IMG/VR virus record: IMGVR_UViG_3300048574_000423
Span: 2,732-66,731 of that record
Length of the DNA stretch: 64,000 nt
From: a virus
Direction: 5' to 3' (one strand)
Shown: positions 30,630 through 40,035 of the stretch, in pieces
Numbering within the stretch: position 1 is the stretch's first letter
Layout of the letters: each line of letters opens with the position of its first letter
Made by a program: the position numbers and the translations under genes
Notes under the pieces: generated by a model
The model's input: only the letters and a program-made list of their open reading frames with translations
Database searches by the model: none
What the model was told of the DNA's origin: nothing

Positions 30630-30914
30630 ATGGCCGAACGCGACATCGTGGCTGCGATTCTGCGGTTGCTCAAGAAAACTCCCTGCTGCTATGCGTGGAA
30701 GGAGCATGGCGGAATCTATGGGACGGCAGGCGTCCCGGACATCATCGCCTGCATTAACGGGAGGTTTGTGGCCTTCGAGGTCAAGACCAAAACCGGCAAA
30801 TTGACAAAGCTGCAAGAGATCACGATACAAAAAATCAGGAATGCAAAAGGACAAGCCTTCAAGGTCACGTCGGCGGCGGAGGTCGCCGCGATACTCAAGG
30901 AGTTGGAGGGTTAA
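30630..30914 (+). CDS. VRR-NUC nuclease
   Basis: GVPDIIACINGRFVAFEVK...LTKLQ. Confidence 0.85.
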   Translation: MAERDIVAAILRLLKKTPCCYAWKEHGGIYGTAGVPDIIACINGRFVAFEVKTKTGKLTKLQEITIQKIRNAKGQAFKVTSAAEVAAILKELEG

Positions 30915-30919
30915 GCCTT

Positions 30920-31363
30920 ATGAACGATAGACCCCTGGCCGCCAAGGAATTCCTCTCCCAGGCATACCGTCTCGACCAGCGCATCAACGCAAAGCTGGAG
31001 CAGGTGGAAGCCTTGCGCTCGCTGACGCGGAAGGTCACGGTATCATATGGGAGCGAGCCGGTATCTCACACGCGCAACGTTTCCTCGCTGGAGGATTCGA
31101 TTATCCGGTTGATGGAAGCGGAGAATGCCCTAAACGCCACGATTGACGCGTTGGTCGATATGAAGATGGACATTGCTCAGTGCATCAGCGCTGTTCCCAA
31201 CCATGATTGTCAGTTGCTGCTGGAAAAGCGCTACCTGTGCTTCCATACTTGGGAGCAGATTGCAGCCGATATGCACTATAGCGCCCGCTGGGTACACATC
31301 GTCCATTCTCGGGCGCTGGCCGCCGTTGATAAGATGCTGCGTGAAAAGAGTGCGCGCACATGA
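30920..31363 (+). CDS. DUF1492/RinA-ArpU-like late transcription regulator
   Basis: AKEFLSQAYRLD...LLEKRYL...WEQIAADMHYS; last early gene. Confidence 0.8.
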   Translation: MNDRPLAAKEFLSQAYRLDQRINAKLEQVEALRSLTRKVTVSYGSEPVSHTRNVSSLEDSIIRLMEAENALNATIDALVDMKMDIAQCISAVPNHDCQLLLEKRYLCFHTWEQIAADMHYSARWVHIVHSRALAAVDKMLREKSART

Positions 31364-31385
31364 GCCGTCGCCAACAGCGCTGAAA

Positions 31386-31441
31386 GTGTGCACAATAGTG
31401 CACATGAATTCACTTGAGTTCCTCCCTATATGTGGTATAAT
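31386..31441 (+). promoter_or_regulatory. Late promoter with 10-bp-phased repeats
   Basis: GTGCACA at 31388 and 31398; TTGAGT(31414)-16-TATAAT(31436) with an extended TG. Confidence 0.6.
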
Positions 31442-31515
31442 GGCCTTAGTGAAAATAGATTCACGGGAGCGCCCTCAGAGCAATCTGCAGGCGCTTTTTC
31501 CATTTGGAGGAAGCG

Positions 31516-31875
31516 ATGCCCAAGAAACCCCACCACCCATGCGGCTACTCCGGCTGCCCGGCACTGACCGACCGGCAGTATTGCCCGGAGCATCAGAAGC
31601 TGGTGTCCTCGCACTACAACCGGTATGGACGGACGCCCGACATGAAGCGACAGTACAACGGCGCGTGGCCGAGCATCCGCAAGGCGTTCATCGCAGCGCA
31701 TCCACTGTGCGAGGTCTGCCAGCGCGAGGGCCGGGTGACGGCGGCAGCGGAAGTCCACCACATTGTTCCGATCGCGCAGGGCGGCACCCACGAAGATGCG
31801 AACCTGATGGCGCTGTGCAAGGAATGCCACTCCCGCATCACGGCCCGCGAGGGCGGGCGCTGGGGCCGAGGGTAG
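31516..31875 (+). CDS. Packaging-associated HNH endonuclease
   Basis: HPLCEVC...EVHHIVP..GG.H..NLMALCKECH. Confidence 0.9.
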   Translation: MPKKPHHPCGYSGCPALTDRQYCPEHQKLVSSHYNRYGRTPDMKRQYNGAWPSIRKAFIAAHPLCEVCQREGRVTAAAEVHHIVPIAQGGTHEDANLMALCKECHSRITAREGGRWGRG

Positions 31876-31955
31876 GGGGAGCGAAATCTCAAAATTGCGC
31901 TCCGAACATAGCGGGGCCGCCCCTTCGCGTGGAATTTCGCGCTTTCAAAATGGGT
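31870..31955 (+). other. Putative cos region
   Basis: G-run (GGGTAGGGGGAGCGAAATCTC) and GC-rich CGGGGCCGCCCC segment just after the HNH gene, the usual cos position in HK97-like phages. Confidence 0.45.
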
Positions 31956-31963
31956 ATATGGCC

Positions 31964-32887
31964 CTACTCCGCAAGGATTCGGAGATATTCATCCAACTGC
32001 TCAGCCACATAGCGTCCGACCAGCAACACCATAGCATCCGCGCTGCCGTCCCGATAATATGCGTCAAATGCGTCGTAGTATAGCCTTCTGTCGGCGAATT
32101 TGACGTCGATGGTAGGATAGCCCTGCCGGATCAACTCGAAATTCATCAGCAGCCGCCCCGTCCTGCCGTTGCCGTCGATGAACGGGTGAATCCCTTCAAA
32201 GACGAGGTGGAACAGCGCAATGCGCTCGATGGGGTGCATCTTCGTCTGGCGCGCCTTGTCCCCTTTGAGCAGTTCCTCTAGCTTTTCTTCGATCAGAAAA
32301 GGCTCTGCCGGTATTGCGTAGGCTCCGGCAATGCGCACCGGCACACGGCGGAAGCGCCCCTTGTCTTCGGGGCGGTCGCCGAGAACCAGCGAATGGATCG
32401 CCCTAATCTCATGAGAGGTGATGGGCGTCCCCTGCCGAGCGAGTTCTTCCATGTACACGAAGGCGTCTCTGTGACCCACCGCTTCCAGATGATCCTTGAG
32501 GGGCTTCTTGTCAATGGTCATGCCCTCAAGAACCATTGCGGTTTCTCGGAGGGTCAGGGTATTGCCTTCGATTGCGTTCGAGTTGTAGGTAAACTCGATC
32601 AAGAATTCCTTCCGGAGCGCTTCCACCTCGCCCTGCGTCAGCGGGCGACGCTTGGAAAGCTCCATTTTGAGCGCATCAATACGGCGGAACAGCGCCGCAT
32701 ACGCTGCGGGAATCTCTTTCCCCCTGTTTGAGCGCCCGTCCGCCGGGCGCGGCGCGTCCGCAGGAATACGGTACTGTCGGCCTTCATGAACGACACCTTC
32801 TATCAGTCCCTGACTGCAAAGCAAACGAACGCGGCGGTCTGAAAGATTCCATTTCCCCGCAGCTTCGGCAACAGACATAAACGGCAT
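31964..32887 (-). CDS. HTH-Fic protein (class II)
   Basis: HPFIDGNGRTGR catalytic motif; SNAIEGN inhibitory motif; N-terminal HTH. Confidence 0.9.
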   Translation of the reverse strand: MPFMSVAEAAGKWNLSDRRVRLLCSQGLIEGVVHEGRQYRIPADAPRPADGRSNRGKEIPAAYAALFRRIDALKMELSKRRPLTQGEVEALRKEFLIEFTYNSNAIEGNTLTLRETAMVLEGMTIDKKPLKDHLEAVGHRDAFVYMEELARQGTPITSHEIRAIHSLVLGDRPEDKGRFRRVPVRIAGAYAIPAEPFLIEEKLEELLKGDKARQTKMHPIERIALFHLVFEGIHPFIDGNGRTGRLLMNFELIRQGYPTIDVKFADRRLYYDAFDAYYRDGSADAMVLLVGRYVAEQLDEYLRILAE

Positions 32888-33002
32888 TTGATCGCCTCCC
32901 CGGAGGTTATTCGTCGTTTATAGTATATCACACGATCGGAATGATATGCAATAAAAACAGCAAATCTAAATTCATATTATTCCGAATAAAGGGGCGCATG
33001 GC

Positions 33003-33548
33003 ATGGCAAACGGACAGGGCGGCGCGCGCGTCGGCGCGGGCCGCAAGAAAAAGGCGCTGGCCGACAATATCGCGGACGGCAACCCCGGCAAGCGCAAGCT
33101 GACAGTGCTGGATTTTACCGGAACCGCCGCCGAGCTCAAGGGCCAGGCCATGCCGCCGCCCAAGGCGTTTCTCACCGCCCAGCAAAAGAACGGCAAGGAC
33201 ATGCTGGCCGCGAGCGTATACGAGGAGACGTGGAAATGGCTGGACGAGCGCGAATGCGCACGGTTGGTTCCAACGCAGATCATCGAGCAGTACGCCATGG
33301 CAATCTCCCGCTGGATTCAATGCGAGGAATGCATCACCGAGTTCGGCTTCCTTGCGAAACACCCCACCACCGGCAACGCCATCCCCTCGCCCTATGTGGC
33401 GATGAGCCAGTCTTTCAGCAAGCAGGCCAACACCCTGTGGTACCAAATCTATCAGGTGGTGCGTGAAAACTGCTCCGTGGAGTTCAAGGGCGCGACGCCC
33501 CATGACGATATGATGGAGCGCCTTCTTTCGGCGCGCCGTGGAGGATAA
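33003..33548 (+). CDS. terS: Terminase small subunit (P27 family)
   Basis: GGARVGAGRKKK start; GNAIPSPYVAMS; position before terL. Confidence 0.8.
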   Translation: MANGQGGARVGAGRKKKALADNIADGNPGKRKLTVLDFTGTAAELKGQAMPPPKAFLTAQQKNGKDMLAASVYEETWKWLDERECARLVPTQIIEQYAMAISRWIQCEECITEFGFLAKHPTTGNAIPSPYVAMSQSFSKQANTLWYQIYQVVRENCSVEFKGATPHDDMMERLLSARRGG

Positions 33549-33551
33549 TCC

Positions 33552-34136
33552 ATGAACATTCAGACCTTTCCCTTGAAGGACATTCGCCCGTATGGGCGTA
33601 ACCCGCGCAAGAATGACGAGGCCGTAAAAGGCGTCGCGGCCAGCATCCGGGAGTTCGGTTTTCTGGTGCCGCTGGTGATCGACCGGAACCATGAAATCGT
33701 CTGCGGCCACACCCGCTACAAGGCCGCGCAGTCTCTGGGCATGAAGGAAGTCCCTTGCGTGGTCGCCGACGAACTGACCGAGGATCAGATTCGAGCCTTC
33801 CGGCTGGCCGACAACAAGGTTGGCGAAATGGCGCAATGGGACATGGACCTGCTGCCGTTGGAATTGCAGGGGATCATGCTGCCCATGACGGACTTCGGCT
33901 TTCAGGCAATTTCGGACGAGGATTTCTCCGACAATTTCACGCTGGACGCCGGAGAGAAGAAGCCCTTCCAGCAAATCAGCATCACGGTGCATGATGAGCA
34001 GGCCCGCCTCATGCTGGCGGCGATCAAGTACGTTTACGACCAGCAGGCCGTGTCGGAAACCTTCGGGAACGAGAATCACAACGGCAACGGGCTGTACGAG
34101 GTGGTGAGAGAGTGGGCCGCGCTAAAGAAATTGTGA
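33552..34136 (+). CDS. ParB-N domain protein
   Basis: PYGRNPRKN...FGFLVPLVID...GHTRYKAA...FRLADNK. Confidence 0.85.
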   Translation: MNIQTFPLKDIRPYGRNPRKNDEAVKGVAASIREFGFLVPLVIDRNHEIVCGHTRYKAAQSLGMKEVPCVVADELTEDQIRAFRLADNKVGEMAQWDMDLLPLELQGIMLPMTDFGFQAISDEDFSDNFTLDAGEKKPFQQISITVHDEQARLMLAAIKYVYDQQAVSETFGNENHNGNGLYEVVREWAALKKL

Positions 34137-34858
34137 TGAAGGTGCTCCCCTCCGACATCGCCAACGCCTTCATCCGGGCACACCACTACTCCGGGAAGGT
34201 AGTGAACAATTCCAAGCTCCACTTCGGCGTTTTCCTGGACGGCCAACTTCATGGCGTCATGAGCTATGGCCCTTCGCTGGACAAAAGCAAGATCATCGGT
34301 CTTGTGGAGGGTACCGGCTGGAACGAATTCCTGGAGCTGAACCGCATGGCATTCGACAGCGTGCTGCCCAGGAATTCCGAGAGCCGCGCCATTTCCATGA
34401 GCATCAAGCTCATAAAAAAGTACGCGCCGCAGGTCAAATGGGTTATCTCCTTCGCGGACGCCTGCTCCTGCGGGGACGGCTCAATCTACCGGGCCAGTAA
34501 TTTCGTTCTGACCGGTATAAAGGAAAACCTGAACCTCGCGGAGTTGCCGGATGGCACGCGCATCCACAAGATGACGCTGGCCTCAAACCCCACCACGCCG
34601 CGCCGGGAACTTGGCGGACTGACGTTCTTCGACGTGACGGGCGGCACCTACAATTTCAAGAAGTATCTGGATTACGTTGGCGCGAAGCCCATCCCCGGCT
34701 TCCAGCTTCGGTACATCTACTTCATTGATCCTGCCTGCCGGGCGCGGCTGACCGTGCCGGAAATACCGTTCTCTCAAATCGACGAGTTGGGAGCGGGCAT
34801 GTACAAGGGGCAAAAGATCACGCAGGCGGAGCGGCATTCCGTCACCACGCCGAGATGA
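34112..34858 (+). CDS. Mom-like (GNAT-fold) adenine-modification protein
   Basis: HHYSG, ELNRMAF...PRNSESRAIS, WVISFAD...DGSIYRASNF pattern typical of Mu Mom homologues; GTG start with RBS GAGGTG. Confidence 0.65.
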   Translation: MGRAKEIVMKVLPSDIANAFIRAHHYSGKVVNNSKLHFGVFLDGQLHGVMSYGPSLDKSKIIGLVEGTGWNEFLELNRMAFDSVLPRNSESRAISMSIKLIKKYAPQVKWVISFADACSCGDGSIYRASNFVLTGIKENLNLAELPDGTRIHKMTLASNPTTPRRELGGLTFFDVTGGTYNFKKYLDYVGAKPIPGFQLRYIYFIDPACRARLTVPEIPFSQIDELGAGMYKGQKITQAERHSVTTPR

Positions 34859-34967
34859 TTCCCGGTGTTTTCATGCGCGGATAGGCTAACAGCAGACCAC
34901 CCACCTACCCGGTGGGAAGCGAAGGGGCAGCACCATTCTCCGCGCTCCATTACGAAACGAGGCTATT

Positions 34968-35876
34968 ATGGAACTATGGCAGCTTACGCAGATGCAGAAC
35001 CTTCCGTTGGAGGCGAAGATACTCAAAACTCAGCTTCGCATCCGGGAATGGTATGAGCACTGGGGCGGGATGGTTTACGTCTCTTTTTCCGGTGGCAAAG
35101 ACAGCACCGCCCTTCTGAACCTCGTCCGCTCCATGTATCCGGACGTCCCTGCCGTCTTTTCCGACACCGGCCTTGAATTCCCCGAAATCCGCGAGTTCGT
35201 CAAGAGCGTTCCGAACGTCATCTGGGTACGCCCGGAGATGTCGTTCCGGCAGGTCATTGAGAAGCACGGGTATCCCGTGGTCGGGAAAGAGCAGGCCGAG
35301 TGGATATATCGAATCCGACAGGGCAATCCGGAGGTTATGGAGCAGAAGCTGTACGGCGTCCGGCGTGACGGCAAGAAAAGCCGGTTCCGGCTGTCCGACC
35401 AATGGCAGTACCTGCTGGGCGCACCGTTCAAGATCGGCTCCGGTTGCTGCTCTGAGATGAAAAAGAAGCCGCTCAAAAAGTACGCCCATGATACCGGGCG
35501 CGTGCCCATCATCGGCACCATGGCGGCGGAGAGCAAGCTGCGGACTCAGCAATGGCTGCGGACGGGCTGCAACGCATTTGAGTCGAAGCGCCCTGTCTCA
35601 ACGCCCATATCATTCTGGCTGGAGGATGATGTGTGGGCGTATATCCGGCAGAACGATGTGCCTTACAGCAGGATTTATGACATGGGCTATGAGCGCACCG
35701 GCTGTATTTTCTGCATGTTCGGCGCACATCTGGACGATACCCCGAACCGCTTCCAGCGCCTCCAGCAGACGCACCCCAAGCTCTGGCGCTATTGCGTGAA
35801 GGATTGGGACGCCGGTGGCCTTGGGATGCGGCAGGTGCTGGAGTACGTCGGAATCCCCTATGAACAGTGCATGTAA
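34968..35876 (+). CDS. PAPS-reductase-family (PP-loop) protein
   Basis: SFSGGKDS PP-loop; GCCSEMKKKP and RTGCIFC cysteine motifs. Confidence 0.85.
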   Translation: MELWQLTQMQNLPLEAKILKTQLRIREWYEHWGGMVYVSFSGGKDSTALLNLVRSMYPDVPAVFSDTGLEFPEIREFVKSVPNVIWVRPEMSFRQVIEKHGYPVVGKEQAEWIYRIRQGNPEVMEQKLYGVRRDGKKSRFRLSDQWQYLLGAPFKIGSGCCSEMKKKPLKKYAHDTGRVPIIGTMAAESKLRTQQWLRTGCNAFESKRPVSTPISFWLEDDVWAYIRQNDVPYSRIYDMGYERTGCIFCMFGAHLDDTPNRFQRLQQTHPKLWRYCVKDWDAGGLGMRQVLEYVGIPYEQCM

Positions 35877-35886
35877 GGAGTGCGGC

Positions 35887-37182
35887 ATGAACATTCAGAA
35901 GATCCCCGCCGCCCGGCTCAACCCTGCGGCGTACAACCCACGGAAAGACCTAAAGCCCGGCGACAAGGAGTTTGAGAAGCTCAAGCGCTCCATCGCCGAA
36001 TTCGGGTATGTGGAACCGGTCATCTGGAACGCCCAGACGGGCAATGTGGTCGGCGGCCACCAACGGCTGAAGGTGCTGCTGGACCTGGGCCTCACCGAAA
36101 TTGACTGCGTGGTGGTCGATCTCGATCCCCAGCGCGAGAAGGCGCTCAATATCGCCCTCAACAAAATCCAGGGCGATTGGGATGAGGGGAAGCTGGCATC
36201 GCTCATGGCCGACTTTGACGCAGAGGCGTTCGACGTATCGCTGACCGGCTTCGACGCCGATGAGGTGGATGCGCTGCTCAACAAGTTCTACTCCAAGGAT
36301 GCCGTGGAGGACGATTTCGACGCCGACGAAGCAAAGAAGGACATCGAAGCATCGGGTGGTGCTACCTCGCGCACCGGGTCCCTGTGGCAACTCGGCGATC
36401 ACCTGCTCCTGTGCGGCGATCCGGCCGACGCGGAGAGCTATGTGCGGCTCATGGGTACCGAGCGTGCGCAATGCGCGATCACCTCGCCAGTTGTCGATCC
36501 TAAGGCATACAACAGGGACGGAATCGACCCCTGGCTGGAACGCATGGGCGCGGTCATCCAGCACCTTACCCGGTACGCAGACATCATCTGTTGGCAGACT
36601 TCCGACGTTACGAAGACCGGGAGTCAATTCATCGAGCCAACCGGGTTCCACTCCATTCGACTGTTCGCGGACGCGAACTACCGACCACTGTGGATTCGCG
36701 TCTGGAAGATGACCGGCAATCTCCCCACGGCAGGCGCGTTGCAAGCGGCCTCAAATAAACCCGCACCGCAGTACGATTACGTGACCGCTTTTTCGGGGCA
36801 AGAGACGGACGCCTACAACGACCAGGAGTATTCCTGGGTGTCGGCCTTCGCCTCTCACGCCTTCCAGTTCGTGCGCCGCCTCACCCGCGACGAACGTCGC
36901 AAATGGGGATACGCAGGCGTATGGGAAATTTCCGCCGTCCGTCGCGATAAGGACAGCGAACCGCAAATTCCGGTGGAGCTTCCGTGGCGCTGTATCAAGA
37001 TGCACTCCGATGTGAACGGCGTGGTCCTGGACCCCTTCGCGGGCTTGGGTACGACGATCATCGCCGCCGAGCAGTCCGGGCGCGCCTGTCGTGCCATCGA
37101 GGCCGACCCGCTGCGCTGCGACCTGATCGTGCGGCGCTGGGAGCAATTCACCGGGGAAACGGCCACACGGGTTGAAGAATAA
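35887..37182 (+). CDS. ParB-N + DNA methylase (N6/N4-like) fusion with an atypical catalytic motif
   Basis: YNPRKDL...GGHQRLK ParB; VLDPFAGLGTTIIAAE SAM-binding motif; ITSPVVD where SPPY/DPPY is expected. Confidence 0.75.
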   Translation: MNIQKIPAARLNPAAYNPRKDLKPGDKEFEKLKRSIAEFGYVEPVIWNAQTGNVVGGHQRLKVLLDLGLTEIDCVVVDLDPQREKALNIALNKIQGDWDEGKLASLMADFDAEAFDVSLTGFDADEVDALLNKFYSKDAVEDDFDADEAKKDIEASGGATSRTGSLWQLGDHLLLCGDPADAESYVRLMGTERAQCAITSPVVDPKAYNRDGIDPWLERMGAVIQHLTRYADIICWQTSDVTKTGSQFIEPTGFHSIRLFADANYRPLWIRVWKMTGNLPTAGALQAASNKPAPQYDYVTAFSGQETDAYNDQEYSWVSAFASHAFQFVRRLTRDERRKWGYAGVWEISAVRRDKDSEPQIPVELPWRCIKMHSDVNGVVLDPFAGLGTTIIAAEQSGRACRAIEADPLRCDLIVRRWEQFTGETATRVEE

Positions 37183-37320
37183 CTTAAAAAAGGGCAGCCT
37201 TCGGGCCGCATTTTTCATCATCCGCGCGCTTTTCTTTTCCTGAAAAGCGCGCAAAAGCCTTGTCTTTCCGGGGTGTCTCGAGTACAGTCCAGTCACTTCA
37301 ACGCAAGGAGGACGACGGAC

Positions 37321-37614
37321 ATGGCAGGCAAATTCCCGATCGGGCAACTGGTGGCGACGCGCGGGGTGGCAAACATCATAGAGGAAAGCGTTGAATTCGC
37401 TAGGTTCGCCAAGGCATCATTCACGCGCTATCTCAATGCCGACTGGGGCGAGATGTGTGAGAGCGACAGGCAGCAGAACGAGGACGCGCTCAAGCACAAC
37501 GACAACCGCATCTTCGCTGCCTACGAAAACGCGGCGCATCCCGCCTGGAAACTCTGGATCATCACCGAATGGGATCACAGCGCCACGACGCTGCTTTTCC
37601 CCAGCGAGTATTGA
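37321..37614 (+). CDS. Conserved phage hypothetical protein
   Basis: GQLVATRGV...DWG...LWIITEWDHSATTLLFPSEY; RBS AAGGAGG. Confidence 0.7.
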   Translation: MAGKFPIGQLVATRGVANIIEESVEFARFAKASFTRYLNADWGEMCESDRQQNEDALKHNDNRIFAAYENAAHPAWKLWIITEWDHSATTLLFPSEY

Positions 37615-37628
37615 AGGAGGTGGCCAAT

Positions 37629-37850
37629 ATGAACGGTTTTCCTTCCCGCGCGGTGGTGGAGAGCCTCCGCCGCCAGTATCCGGCAGGCACGCGCGTTGCG
37701 CTAGTATCCATGAACGACCCCTACACCAAGCTCCGGCCCGGCGACGAGGGCGCGGTCATCGCGGTGGACGACATCGGCACCATCCACATCCAATGGGACA
37801 GCGGATCGACGCTGGGCGCGGCGTATGGCGACGTGATCCGCAGGCTGTAA
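37629..37850 (+). CDS. DUF4314 protein
   Basis: YPAGTRVALVSMNDPY...GDEGAV..VDDIGTIHIQWDSGSTLG. Confidence 0.8.
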   Translation: MNGFPSRAVVESLRRQYPAGTRVALVSMNDPYTKLRPGDEGAVIAVDDIGTIHIQWDSGSTLGAAYGDVIRRL

Positions 37851-37866
37851 ATCAAAAGATATCTTC

Positions 37867-37888
37867 AAAGCGGCGCGAGCCGCTTTTT
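37867..37888 (+). terminator. Rho-independent terminator
   Basis: AAAGCGGC-GCGA-GCCGCTTT followed by T residues. Confidence 0.75.
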
Positions 37889-37918
37889 GTTGCCCATTTT
37901 CGAGAAAGGGGGCTGCGC

Positions 37919-38437
37919 GTGGGAAATCCCATTACCATCACCGAGAATGGCTACTGCGTCGCCTCCTTCGGAAAGGGCGGCGCTTTTTTGTTCGACCCCG
38001 CCGACCTGCCGCTGATCCAGCGCCATACATGGCACCTCGGGAAACGCGGCTATCCGGCCACGCATACCCGGCGTGGGACGGTCGTGCTCCACCGCCTCCT
38101 GTTCCCGGAGGTAGATGGCATGGAGATCGACCACATCAACGGTAACAAGTTGGACAACCGACGCGCGAACCTACGCGCCTGCACACACCAGCAGAACGGG
38201 TTCAACCAGAAGCGGCGGGGGACCAACACCAGCGGCTATATCGGCGTGAGCTTCTCGCCACGACTCGGCTGCTTCGAGGCGTACATTCACCATGACGGGA
38301 TGAAACACCATTTGGGCCTATTCGCCGATCCTGCCGCCGCCGCACGGGTGCGCGACTGCGTGGCGCGACTGCTTTTCGGCGAGTTCGCGCGCCTGAATTT
38401 CCCCAGGAAGGCGGGATGCAGGCGTGGCGCGCACTAA
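37919..38437 (+). CDS. HNH-AP2 homing-type endonuclease
   Basis: LHRLL...IDHINGNKLDNRRANLR (HNH); SGYIGV...HHLGLF...AAARVRD...GEFARLN (AP2). Confidence 0.85.
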   Translation: MGNPITITENGYCVASFGKGGAFLFDPADLPLIQRHTWHLGKRGYPATHTRRGTVVLHRLLFPEVDGMEIDHINGNKLDNRRANLRACTHQQNGFNQKRRGTNTSGYIGVSFSPRLGCFEAYIHHDGMKHHLGLFADPAAAARVRDCVARLLFGEFARLNFPRKAGCRRGAH

Positions 38438-40022
38438 GGGATTCCGGCCCACGGAGTTCATGCTGCCCACTTCCCATTACGATAAAGCCCGCGCGGACCA
38501 TGCCGTCGCCTTCATCCAGAGCCTCAAGCACACCAAGGGCGTGTGGGCGGGCCAGCCATTTTTGCTGTTCGACTGGCAGGAGAAGATCATCCGAGACCTG
38601 TTCGGCGTGGTAAAGGGGAACGGCTACCGGCAGTTCAATACCGCCTTCGTGGAAATCTGCAAGAAGGCCGGAAAGAGCGAGCTGGCCGCCGCCGTCGCGC
38701 TGTACATGCTCTGCGCCGACGAGGAAGAAGGCGCGGAAATCTACGGCTGCGCCAATGATCGCGCACAGGCCAGCATCGTGTTCGACGTGGCGAAGGACAT
38801 GGTGCTTCAGAGCCCGGCGCTGCTCAAGCGCATCAAGATTGTGGAGAGCCAGAAGCGCCTCGTCTACACGCCGACCCGAAGCATCTATCAGGCGCTGTCC
38901 TCAGAGGTCGCCTCCAAGTACGGCTACAACGTCCACGCCTGCATCTTCGACGAGCTATTGGGCCAGCCGAACCGGAAGCTGTTCGACGTGATGACGAAGG
39001 GTTCCGGAGCCGCGCGAAAGCAGTCGCTGAATTTCGTCATCACCACGGCGGGCAGCGACAAGAACAGCATCTGCTACGAGGTACATTCCAAAGCGACGGA
39101 CATTCTCGAAGGTCGGAAGCACGACGCCACCTTCTACCCGGTGGTGTACGGCGCGCCGACGGAGGCCGATTGGACGGACCCGAAGGTGTGGCACAGCGTC
39201 AACCCCTCGCTGGGAAAGACGGTGGACCCGGAGTTCTACCGCGCCGCTTGCGAGAGCGCGAAGCAGAACCCGGCTGAGGAAATGCAGTTCCGGCAGTTCT
39301 TCCTCTGCCAATGGACGAGCAGCACCGCCCGTTGGATGCCGATGGACAAATGGGACGCCTGCGCGTTCCCGGTGGACCCGGAGCGCCTGCGCGGGCGCGT
39401 CTGCTACGGCGGCCTCGACCTGTCCTCCACCACCGACATCACGGCGTTCGTGCTGGTCTTTCCCCCGGAAGATGAGGATGGCAAATATGAAATCCTGCCC
39501 TTCTTCTGGCTGCCGGAGGACAATGTGGAGCTTCGCGTCCGGCGCGACCACGTTCCCTATGACATCTGGGCCAAGCAGGGCCATGTGTTCACCACCGAAG
39601 GCAACGTGGTTCACTACGGCTTCATTGAGGAATTCATCGAGGAATTGGGCACGAAGTACAACATCCAAGAGATCGCCTTCGACCGCTGGGGCGCGGTGCA
39701 GATGACGCAGAACCTCGAAGGGCTGGGCTTCACCGTCGTGCCCTTCGGCCAAGGCTACAAGGACATGTCGCCGCCCACCAAGGAGCTTATGAAACTGACG
39801 CTGGAGGGCAAACTCGCCCACGGCGGACACCCGGTACTCCGCTGGATGGTCGATAACGTGACCATCCGCTCCGATCCTGCCGGGAACATCAAGGCGGATA
39901 AAGAAAAATCGACGGAGAAAATCGACGGCGCAGTCGCCACCATCATGGCGCTGGACCGGGCGATCCGGCACGGCGGCCTATCCGGTTCTGTTTATGACGC
40001 GAGGGGATTGCTCTACATATGA
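38424..40022 (+). CDS. terL: Terminase large subunit
   Basis: CKKAGKSE Walker A, IFDE, GGLDLSST, KIDGAVA. Confidence 0.95.
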   Translation: MARTKGFRPTEFMLPTSHYDKARADHAVAFIQSLKHTKGVWAGQPFLLFDWQEKIIRDLFGVVKGNGYRQFNTAFVEICKKAGKSELAAAVALYMLCADEEEGAEIYGCANDRAQASIVFDVAKDMVLQSPALLKRIKIVESQKRLVYTPTRSIYQALSSEVASKYGYNVHACIFDELLGQPNRKLFDVMTKGSGAARKQSLNFVITTAGSDKNSICYEVHSKATDILEGRKHDATFYPVVYGAPTEADWTDPKVWHSVNPSLGKTVDPEFYRAACESAKQNPAEEMQFRQFFLCQWTSSTARWMPMDKWDACAFPVDPERLRGRVCYGGLDLSSTTDITAFVLVFPPEDEDGKYEILPFFWLPEDNVELRVRRDHVPYDIWAKQGHVFTTEGNVVHYGFIEEFIEELGTKYNIQEIAFDRWGAVQMTQNLEGLGFTVVPFGQGYKDMSPPTKELMKLTLEGKLAHGGHPVLRWMVDNVTIRSDPAGNIKADKEKSTEKIDGAVATIMALDRAIRHGGLSGSVYDARGLLYI

Positions 40023-40035
40023 AACCTCGTCACCT

